From Daejeonella rubra (GTDB lineage Bacteria > Bacteroidota > Bacteroidia > Sphingobacteriales > Sphingobacteriaceae): a DNA stretch of 32,000 bases. Below the pieces are notes generated by a model. It ran no database searches, was not told the origin of the DNA, and saw only the letters and a program-made list of their open reading frames with translations. The stretch covers positions 7,994 through 39,993 of the forward strand of contig NZ_FNHH01000019.1 of assembly GCF_900103545.1 (NCBI RefSeq). The letters run 5' to 3'. The position numbers and the translations under genes are program-made. Shown in pieces: positions 25,093 to 32,000 of this stretch; positions within the stretch are counted from its first letter, which is position 1, and each line of letters begins with the position of its first letter.

Positions 25093-26232
25093 CTATTTCC
25101 GGTTCTGCTTTAATAATTGAACAAGGCCTTCATCATTTACAATGTAAACATCATCGCCACTACTGATATAAACCATAAACTGCCTGCTGGTTGCTTCCAT
25201 CCAAAGCTTATTATCTTCCCCATTGATACTGAAGTCAAGATCATTAATTCCGAGTTTACTCAGGTCAGTTGCATACGACCTATTTTTCTGGAAATAGTCT
25301 TTCTGAAGATAATAGACATGCCACAAATGTTTCTTCTGCTCTTCACTATAAGGAATTGAAAATGTAGTTTCTGATGCTCCGGAAGCTTTTTTACTGAAAA
25401 ACAGATAAGCCCAGCGCTCCGGAAAATGCATATTAACCACCCCCTGTGGAGACCATACCCAGTTATGCTCTGGAAGGTTTTTGCCATTTGCATCCTTCTT
25501 CTTTACATATTTTCCATCCTTAACTTCGGTATCCCATTCCACCCTTGAGAAATTAATTCGCCAGAAATCACCGTCAACGGGGGCATTTTGGTTCTTTGCA
25601 AATGGCATAGCTGAAAATGGAATAAATATCTCTGTAGTCCAGCCCTTATCAATATCAGAAGGATCATTAAGCGTTCCCTGTACATCTACTGCCCACTTCA
25701 TACCGGGAGCATTATACACGATCATCGCACCACTTCCATTCCGGTAAGGCTTCGGCATGAATAAATCAAACATGGTATTTTGCGCATTGACTTCAAATTC
25801 ATAATACCGGTGAGTATCATTATCAGGGTCAATAAAAATTTCAAAGTCATTATCATAAAATACGATATCATCATAATTTTTAAGGTAGGCCCAAACATGC
25901 GGATCCAGTAATTCAGCAGCAATATAAAGTCCTTTTTCGTCCCAGGTCATTTTAGCACGGGTATTCCATGTTGGCGCTGGCTTTTTATCTCCCTCTATAT
26001 CCTTAAAGTACTCTGTCCATGGCACATTCTGCCATACAGCATCATTTAACTTTCCATCAACAACAGGAGCTGCAGGATTAAAAACAACAGTATACTGCCC
26101 TGGAGTAGACAAAAGATCCTCCTTGCCAGAAAATTTAGATTGCGAAAAGCCTGAAAAACTATTGACGAATAAAAAGCAACACAGAAAAGATAAATTCTGG
26201 AATTTTAGTTGAGATTTTGATTTGAATAACAT
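25093..26232 (-). CDS. Secreted carbohydrate-binding family 9 (CBM9/DOMON-like) domain protein
   Basis: The track ORF runs to 26319; the ATG at 26232 (MLFKSKSQLKFQNLSFLCCFLFVNSFSGFSQ) gives a signal peptide. DGKLNDAVWQNVPWTEYF.DIEG......P...T.AKM.WDEKGLYIAAEL and YYEFEVNA fit CBM9-like proteins. Confidence 0.6.
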   Translation of the reverse strand: MLFKSKSQLKFQNLSFLCCFLFVNSFSGFSQSKFSGKEDLLSTPGQYTVVFNPAAPVVDGKLNDAVWQNVPWTEYFKDIEGDKKPAPTWNTRAKMTWDEKGLYIAAELLDPHVWAYLKNYDDIVFYDNDFEIFIDPDNDTHRYYEFEVNAQNTMFDLFMPKPYRNGSGAMIVYNAPGMKWAVDVQGTLNDPSDIDKGWTTEIFIPFSAMPFAKNQNAPVDGDFWRINFSRVEWDTEVKDGKYVKKKDANGKNLPEHNWVWSPQGVVNMHFPERWAYLFFSKKASGASETTFSIPYSEEQKKHLWHVYYLQKDYFQKNRSYATDLSKLGINDLDFSINGEDNKLWMEATSRQFMVYISSGDDVYIVNDEGLVQLLKQNRK

Positions 26233-26409
26233 TTTATATACTAATGATTGGGGATGGAAAATAAGAAGAATTATTGAAATTTTATGAAGACTGTGATACA
26301 GATATGTATTAAAAGGCACATTGTATCATTAATATTGCTATTTTCTCTTATTAATGCTTTTTAATATCTTCGTTATCCTAATCAATTTATAATTAACCAA
26401 TTTAATTTC

Positions 26410-27963
26410 ATGAGAAAATCCTTATTCCTATTTTCCTGTTCCCTGATTCTATCGGGGAATCTTGTTTATGCCCAAAGTAAAGATCCTGTTGTACAGGGAA
26501 TTATAAAAGAGGCGACCGAAAACTCACAATTGAAAAAACTTGCACAGGAGCTGACTGATGGTATTGGTCCGAGGCTTGTTGGTACACCACAAATGAAGCA
26601 GGCTCATGATTGGGCTGTTTCAAAATACCAGAGTTGGGGTATATCTGCAAAAAATGAACAATGGGGTGAATGGCGCGGATGGGAAAGAGGAATAACTCAT
26701 ATAGATATGGTGCATCCACGGGTAGAATCCCTGGAGGGAATGCAACTGGCATGGAGTCCATCAACTTCAGGTAAAACAGTTACTGCCGAAACGATCATAC
26801 TGGCAGACGTAGCCGACTCAATTGCTTTTCAAAACTGGCTTCCATCTGTAAAAGGAAAATTCGTGATGATATCCATGCAGCAGCCTACAGGAAGAGATGA
26901 TAGAAACTGGGAAGAATTTGCAACCAAAGAATCACTCGAAAAAATGAAATCTGAACGTTCAAATGCTAGTACAGCCTGGCGTAATCGTATCGGCAAAACA
27001 GGACTAAATCCAAAAAGTCTGGCATTGGCCATTGAAAAGGCAGGCGCAGCAGGTATTGTGGCTTCCAACTGGTCGGCAGGTTTCGGTGTAAATAAAATAT
27101 TTGGAGCACAAAGTACAAAAATACCTACTGTAGACATTTCATTGGAAGATTATGGAATGTTATACCGTCTAACTGAATCAGGAATAAAACCAAAGATCAG
27201 CATACGTGCAGATTCAAAAGAACTGGGAATGATGCCAACGTTCAACACTATAGCTGAAATAAAGGGAACTGAAAAGCCTGAAGAATATGTGATCCTTTCA
27301 GCCCATTTCGATTCATGGGATGGCGGCACAGGAGCCACAGATAATGCAACCGGTACTATCACCATGCTTGAAGCGATGAGGATATTGAAAAAGATCTATC
27401 CAAACCCAAAAAGAACGATCCTGGTAGGACACTGGGGTAGTGAAGAGCAGGGTTTGAATGGTTCAAGAGCATTCGTTGAGGATCATCCTGAGATCGTAAA
27501 AAACATTCAGGCTGTATTCAATCAGGATAATGGAACAGGTAGAGTAGTTGACCTTTCAGGACAAGGATTTTTGCACGCCTATGAGTACCTGAACAGATGG
27601 CTTAATCCAGTACCTACTGACATTCGTTCAGAGATCAAAACAAGCTTCCCGGGAACTCCGGGTGGTGGCGGATCTGATTATGCATCATTCGTTGCAGCAG
27701 GTGCTCCGGCATTCTCTTTAAGCTCATTAAGCTGGGCTTATGGAAACTATACCTGGCATACCAACCGTGACACATACGATAAGATTGTATTTGATGATGT
27801 TCAGAACAATGCCATTCTAACGGCAATATTAGCATATATGGCCAGTGAAGATCCGGCAAAATCATCAACCGTAAAAAGTGTATTACCTACAAACCCACGT
27901 ACTGGTCAACCGATGAGCTGGCCAGCTACCCGTCAGCCAATCCGTAAAGGTGGTGTGAACTAA
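26410..27963 (+). CDS. M28-family metallopeptidase with PA domain, secreted
   Basis: 517 aa. Signal peptide. SAHFDSWDGGTGATDNATG (Zn ligands H/D), GSEEQGLNGS (EE pair), SDYASF. The inserted PA-like domain spans about aa 120-260. Confidence 0.85.
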   Translation: MRKSLFLFSCSLILSGNLVYAQSKDPVVQGIIKEATENSQLKKLAQELTDGIGPRLVGTPQMKQAHDWAVSKYQSWGISAKNEQWGEWRGWERGITHIDMVHPRVESLEGMQLAWSPSTSGKTVTAETIILADVADSIAFQNWLPSVKGKFVMISMQQPTGRDDRNWEEFATKESLEKMKSERSNASTAWRNRIGKTGLNPKSLALAIEKAGAAGIVASNWSAGFGVNKIFGAQSTKIPTVDISLEDYGMLYRLTESGIKPKISIRADSKELGMMPTFNTIAEIKGTEKPEEYVILSAHFDSWDGGTGATDNATGTITMLEAMRILKKIYPNPKRTILVGHWGSEEQGLNGSRAFVEDHPEIVKNIQAVFNQDNGTGRVVDLSGQGFLHAYEYLNRWLNPVPTDIRSEIKTSFPGTPGGGGSDYASFVAAGAPAFSLSSLSWAYGNYTWHTNRDTYDKIVFDDVQNNAILTAILAYMASEDPAKSSTVKSVLPTNPRTGQPMSWPATRQPIRKGGVN

Positions 27964-27971
27964 TTCATTAA

Positions 27972-28006
27972 GAATGCTGACAGGGTTATGAATCCTGTCA
28001 GCATTC
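27972..28006 (+). terminator. Terminator-like hairpin after the M28 peptidase gene
   Basis: gaatgctgacagg (27972-27984), 9-nt loop, cctgtcagcattc (27994-28006). Perfect 13-bp stem, but the trailing T-tract is weak. Confidence 0.65.
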
Positions 28007-28050
28007 ATAATATTCGGTATATTTGTTTTTTCAGACTAAGAAAAATAAAT

Positions 28051-28419
28051 ATGAAAAACCTCCACAACCTGATCCTTGTATTTATTATTCTTTCTCTGAC
28101 TGCATGCGAAAAATCTGGCTCAGAAACCTCGCTAACCGGTAAATGGAAGTTAACTGAAACACTTGCCGATCCGGGTGATGGAAGCGGCAAATGGGTATCT
28201 GTAAAAAACAGTGATTCATACCTCCAAATAAATGCAGATGGAACGATCTCAGGTAATAATTTTACAAATTTTAAACAGTACAGGGTGATTGATAATCAAC
28301 AGATTGAATTCATTTATCAGAATGGCACACCAACAATTCTAAGCTATAAACTCAGCGGGAATTCACTGGAGATTAGCGGAGGTTGTTTCGAAGCATGCGG
28401 ATCGCGCTACAAAAAATAA
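28051..28419 (+). CDS. Small lipoprotein, lipocalin-like/META-like fold (hypothetical)
   Basis: The track ORF starts at 27988 inside the terminator hairpin. The ATG at 28051 gives MKNLHNLILVFIILSLTACEKS (lipobox LTAC). LTGKWKLTE is a typical lipocalin-like start. Confidence 0.55.
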   Translation: MKNLHNLILVFIILSLTACEKSGSETSLTGKWKLTETLADPGDGSGKWVSVKNSDSYLQINADGTISGNNFTNFKQYRVIDNQQIEFIYQNGTPTILSYKLSGNSLEISGGCFEACGSRYKK

Positions 28420-28423
28420 AAAT

Positions 28424-30622
28424 TTACAATACCAACAGATCGCCCTGCCTCAGGGCATTTATGGCCTTCCCATACCAAAAAGGTTCAAAATCGATATTTA
28501 AGCTGGTTTCAAAATTCTCTTTCGCTTTTTTAAAAGTCATCAATTCTGCATTTTCTATGCCTGCAAGTGGCAGAAATTTAAGCAGCCAATCGGCCTGATC
28601 TTTTTCAAGTTGTATGCTAAAGCTCCCCTTCTTATCAAAGAATTTTAGCTCTGCCATCTCCCATTGCCTGCCCTTTTTACTTTTGGTAAAATAATCGATC
28701 ACAGGTTTTGTACCGAGCCAGACAATTTTTGCATCAGGCTTGATAAGGAATGACTCTTCTTTCGACAAAGATTTCATAATAAACTGAGGATCAACCTTTG
28801 TCTTAGGTACCTTATGTTCAAACCATTCCTGCAAAGGATAGTCAAAACAAATACCATGCATATAATTAAACAATGATTTCTTTAATCCATAGCTGAACAG
28901 TTCATGGTCTGTACCGATCTTGTCAACATGTCCGATATCGTTATTCGCAAAGGTACCGGTAGTTCCACAAGCCTTTTCCACCTTGAATTGTTCAGGGTAC
29001 ATCCCCACAGGGCTATGAGCAGTCATCGCAAACTGGTGCCAGAAAGCCGACTGTAATACTCCTGCATCAAACATTTGCCTGACCATTTCCAGTGAATCGA
29101 TGGTTTCCTGAGCAGTTTGCGTAGGAAATCCATACATCAGGTAAGCATGAACCATGATACCTGCTTCCGTAAAATGATGACATACCCGGGCTACCTGTTC
29201 CACCTTCACACCTTTTTGTATAAGTTCGAGCAAACGGTCTGAGGCCACTTCCAATCCGCCTGAAATGGCAATACATCCGGAAGCCTTCAACAACAGACAA
29301 AGGTCTTTCGTAAAGCTCTTTTCAAATCGGATATTGGTCCACCAGGTAACAGTTAGCTTACGGCGCAGTATTTCCAGAGCCAGTGAGCGCATTAAAGCTG
29401 GAGGTGCAGCCTCATCTACAAAATGGAAACCCCGTTCCCCTGTTTGATCTACCAATTGTTCCATTCTGTCGCAAAGCAATGAGGCAGCAATGGGTTCATA
29501 TATCTTAATATAATCCAATGAAATATCACAGAAAGTACATTTTCCCCAATAACAGCCATGAGCCATCGTAAGCTTATTCCACCGTCCATCACTCCACATG
29601 CGATGCATCGGATTGACAACTTCAATTACAGAAATATAACGATCAAGAAACAGATCGCTATAATCAGGAGTACCGGTTTCAAATTGCTTGTAATCAGGCG
29701 ATTTACTTCGATTGCAATAGGTAACCTTTCCATCTATTAATGCAAATGTTCTTTTCAGTTCCGATATTTTTCGCTTACCATCAAGAAGCTCACAAAGGTG
29801 CTCAATGGGAGCTTCACCATCATCGAGGCAAATAAAATCCATGAACTCAAAAACACGTACATCAGCGACAGATCGTAATTCAGTATTTGGGAAGCCACCA
29901 CCCATGGCAATTTTAACGTTTGGATACTCTATTTTCAGCCACTGAGCGATACGGAAGGCAGCATATAGATTTCCCGGAAAGGGTACTGATAGTGAAACTA
30001 TTTCCGGAACTACGATCTTCATCTTTTGATCCAGGAGCTTGATCAAAAGCTTATCTGTAAATGTTAGTTCTTGCTGCAGAGCATCATAAAGCTCATCAAA
30101 ACTTGACGCAGACCTTCCAAGACGTTCTGCATACCTGCTGAAACCAAAATTGCTATCAGCACATTCTATGATAAGATCTGAAATGTCTTCTAAAAAAAGT
30201 GTTGCCAGATGCTTAGCCTTATCCTGAGTCCCCATGGTACCGAAGGCCCATTCAAGCTCTTCAAGCTGTTCAAACCGGGATGCCTCAGGCAGGAAATCTT
30301 CCTGGCATATCAAATGAGAAAGTGTTGGGTTATGTCCCTGTAAAAAGGAGATCACAGCATCAATTTTATTGACATAATGCTCCTTCAAAGCAATTATACG
30401 TTGGGCATTTTCACTCAGCTCAGTGTTTGGTACTTTAATCTGATCAAACAGCTCATTCAGGCCGGAACTTGAAAAAAGAGCCAAAATAACCTCAATGCCC
30501 AGATCTGACTGATACGAGGAGATACCTTTTGTATTAAGAAATCCCTTTAAATAGGCGGTTGCCGGATAAGGCGTATTTAACTGCGTAAAGGGCGGTGTAA
30601 TTAGATATATCTTGTTTGCCAA
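28424..30622 (-). CDS. B12-binding-domain-like radical SAM enzyme of unknown function
   Basis: 732 aa. Cys cluster GCYWGKCTFCD (29528-29554, CX4CX2C). The upstream Rossmann-like segment (IVSLSVPFPGNLYAAFRIAQWLK..VKIAMGGGFPN...DFICLDDGE) resembles class-B radical SAM cobalamin domains. GGLEVAS and HAYLMYGFPTQT fit the TIM-barrel core. A C-terminal extension of about 200 aa is unassigned. Confidence 0.8.
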   Translation of the reverse strand: MANKIYLITPPFTQLNTPYPATAYLKGFLNTKGISSYQSDLGIEVILALFSSSGLNELFDQIKVPNTELSENAQRIIALKEHYVNKIDAVISFLQGHNPTLSHLICQEDFLPEASRFEQLEELEWAFGTMGTQDKAKHLATLFLEDISDLIIECADSNFGFSRYAERLGRSASSFDELYDALQQELTFTDKLLIKLLDQKMKIVVPEIVSLSVPFPGNLYAAFRIAQWLKIEYPNVKIAMGGGFPNTELRSVADVRVFEFMDFICLDDGEAPIEHLCELLDGKRKISELKRTFALIDGKVTYCNRSKSPDYKQFETGTPDYSDLFLDRYISVIEVVNPMHRMWSDGRWNKLTMAHGCYWGKCTFCDISLDYIKIYEPIAASLLCDRMEQLVDQTGERGFHFVDEAAPPALMRSLALEILRRKLTVTWWTNIRFEKSFTKDLCLLLKASGCIAISGGLEVASDRLLELIQKGVKVEQVARVCHHFTEAGIMVHAYLMYGFPTQTAQETIDSLEMVRQMFDAGVLQSAFWHQFAMTAHSPVGMYPEQFKVEKACGTTGTFANNDIGHVDKIGTDHELFSYGLKKSLFNYMHGICFDYPLQEWFEHKVPKTKVDPQFIMKSLSKEESFLIKPDAKIVWLGTKPVIDYFTKSKKGRQWEMAELKFFDKKGSFSIQLEKDQADWLLKFLPLAGIENAELMTFKKAKENFETSLNIDFEPFWYGKAINALRQGDLLVL

Positions 30623-30668
30623 TTCTTTGCTATTGAATGAATTCTGCGATTCAAAAAGAGATTAATGG

Positions 30669-31436
30669 TCAATTTCTGGCATGCATTTTTATCCTGTGGT
30701 TTATCGCTAAACTTGCAATATTACGATTTAAATACTCTTCCCCTGAACTGCGTTGCTGAAACAGATTGATATAGCCAAGTTCTACACTAAGATTTCTAAT
30801 CAACTGGTAGTTCAGTCCTGCATAAAATCGATTCTGGTCAAAGGTATTGTAAATAATTCCACCATTAGAATTAATATATATTCCGTCACTAACCTTCAGG
30901 TTCAAGTCGTGAACCTTATTCTTTGATCTGATCAGGTTACATTCCAGTGAAACCATATAGGATAACCTTTCTATGAATCTGTATCCATGAATTAATGAGT
31001 CATCAAGTCTTTTCCGAATGAAACGTTCCTCCATTCTATAGCGATGTCCAATATTCAAATGTTTGAGTTGATGTCTGTATGCAAGTTCATGATTTAGCCT
31101 TATTTCAGGAACCTTAAATGAAGATGCGAACTCCTGGTCTCCAGGAGAATTTAAATAATAAGCAAAACCATTACCTAGGGAGAGATCTTTTAATAGAGAA
31201 AAATTAACCTGCGATTTCAAGAAGATCTGAGATTGCCTGACTGGTTCTAAAAAAATACGCTCCTGAATTTCAGCACTCAGAGACCATTTAGGCGAAAATT
31301 CAAAATTTGCTGAATAGGCAGCTGTCGAAAGGGACTGTTTAATAAAATTTTTCTTTAGGGTCTGGCCGAAAGAAGAAAAAGCAAAAAGCATTAACAATAA
31401 AATTTTAAATGCTATCCGATGATTCATAATAAACAT
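30669..31436 (-). CDS. Predicted outer-membrane beta-barrel protein (DUF2490-like), hypothetical
   Basis: 255 aa. Signal peptide (ILLLMLFAFSSFGQ), alternating beta-strand pattern, aromatic-rich strand ends, ER.F/R.R motifs. The family name is from memory and uncertain. Same strand as the radical SAM gene, 46 nt upstream of it. Confidence 0.45.
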   Translation of the reverse strand: MFIMNHRIAFKILLLMLFAFSSFGQTLKKNFIKQSLSTAAYSANFEFSPKWSLSAEIQERIFLEPVRQSQIFLKSQVNFSLLKDLSLGNGFAYYLNSPGDQEFASSFKVPEIRLNHELAYRHQLKHLNIGHRYRMEERFIRKRLDDSLIHGYRFIERLSYMVSLECNLIRSKNKVHDLNLKVSDGIYINSNGGIIYNTFDQNRFYAGLNYQLIRNLSVELGYINLFQQRSSGEEYLNRNIASLAINHRIKMHARN

Positions 31437-31576
31437 ACACTAAAATAGAGTGAAGAGTTTAAAGAATCAAACCTTAAAGCAAATAAAGATCAGTTTCCGA
31501 AAAGCAAGTTTGAAAACTTATATTTTCTACTTTTTCCAAAATCAAAGCTAAAACAGGATCAATAAACTGCTTTTAG

Positions 31577-31584
31577 TATCTTTG
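31577..31584 (+). promoter_or_regulatory. Candidate Bacteroidota -7 promoter box (TATCTTTG)
   Basis: Exact TAnnTTTG match 21 nt upstream of the ATG at 31606. Confidence 0.5.
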
Positions 31585-31605
31585 CAGGATATTCAATCAG
31601 AAAAC

Positions 31606-32000
31606 ATGATAGAGATCGGAAAGTTTAATGAATTAAGGTTTATCAAAAAGACTGAAGCAGGTCTTATCCTAACCGATGGCGAGAAAGAAGTTCTCCTACC
31701 TTATGTTCATGCTCCGGAAGATGCTCAAATTGGAGACAATCTTCATGTTTTCACCTATATCCATAGTGATGGCAGATTAATGGCTACCACTGAAACGCCA
31801 ATTGCACAGGTTGATGAGTTTGCATTATTAACTGTTGTTGATGTGAATGAACAGGGTGCTTTCCTGGACATGGGCATTGGAAAAGATGTTTTTGTGCCTG
31901 AGAGGGAGCAAAAGCGGCCCATGCAGATCGGACAGAAATATGTAGTTTATCTGTTTAATGATGAAAGAAGTGAACGTATCACTGCATCTTCCCGATTAGC
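31606..32000 (+). CDS. S1-like RNA-binding domain protein (CvfB/YitL family); N-terminal part only, continues off the right edge
   Basis: Not in the track because it is open at the edge. ATG 31606: MIEIGKFNELRFIKKTEAGLILTDGEKEVLLPYVHAPEDAQIGDNLHVFTYIHSDGRLMATTETPIAQVDEFALLTVVDVNEQGAFLDMGIGKDVFVPEREQ... Repeated S1-like units with the G.FLD.G..KD.L.P pattern fit CvfB-type proteins. Confidence 0.65.
   Translation, partial: MIEIGKFNELRFIKKTEAGLILTDGEKEVLLPYVHAPEDAQIGDNLHVFTYIHSDGRLMATTETPIAQVDEFALLTVVDVNEQGAFLDMGIGKDVFVPEREQKRPMQIGQKYVVYLFNDERSERITASSRL

Noticed and set aside
25117-25922. Several 60-90 aa ORFs on both strands within 25093-26232
   Set aside because: They are alternative-frame or antisense shadows of the CBM9-like gene, and none has a signal or motif.
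26233-26319. N-terminal 29-codon extension of the CBM9-like ORF (MPFNTYLYHSLHK...)
   Set aside because: The internal ATG at 26232 gives a canonical signal peptide, whereas the extension would bury it. I made similar trims at 17934 to 17970, 27988 to 28051 (the extension would run through the terminator hairpin), 8818 to 8824 and 16574 to 16550.
30623-30668. ttgaat-N10-attcaa inverted repeat between the beta-barrel gene and the radical SAM gene, as a possible attenuator
   Set aside because: It is only a 6-bp AT-rich stem with a 10-nt loop, which is expected by chance in AT-rich intergenic DNA.
1-32000. Sigma-54 (-24/-12) promoter TGGCAC-N5-TTGC that could be the target of the local activator
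   Set aside because: I inspected every TGGCA/TGCCA occurrence I could find on both strands (for example 6047, 11445, 15197, 21373, 23690). None has GG-N10-GC spacing with a TTGC-like -12 element. This was a by-eye scan only, so a PWM scan should confirm it.

Overview
This window reads as a densely packed, mostly housekeeping chromosomal segment of an AT-rich Bacteroidota genome, probably Sphingobacteriia-like. Support for that: a PorP/SprF type IX secretion protein, TAnnTTTG-type promoter motifs, lipoprotein signal peptides, and the miaB / sigma-54 activator / lptE / secG / groES / groEL gene order. I support about 31 CDS (two run off the window edges), five rho-independent-type terminator hairpins, four candidate -7 promoter boxes and one large in-frame tandem repeat. 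I found no rRNA, tRNA, CRISPR array, IS element, integrase, prophage or recognisable defence island, so most of the window is ordinary core genome and I score it that way. Four things deserve a second look. (1) 13948-15156: a 402-aa protein made of 13 tandem 21-residue coiled-coil repeats (63-bp DNA repeats), ending in a HisKA-like phosphoacceptor domain with no ATPase domain. (2) 1491-2822: a phosphoserine-phosphatase (HAD) domain fused to a SerA-like module that has lost its whole NAD-binding Rossmann domain but kept the substrate-binding lobe and ACT domain. (3) 28424-30622: a 732-aa B12-domain-like radical SAM enzyme with a non-canonical CX4CX2C cluster, sitting downstream of a small predicted beta-barrel gene. 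(4) 17970-20678: a 902-aa protein with SusC-like CarboxypepD_reg and Plug domains but no TonB-dependent barrel. All product calls come from reading the translations and recalling family motifs. No database search was run.
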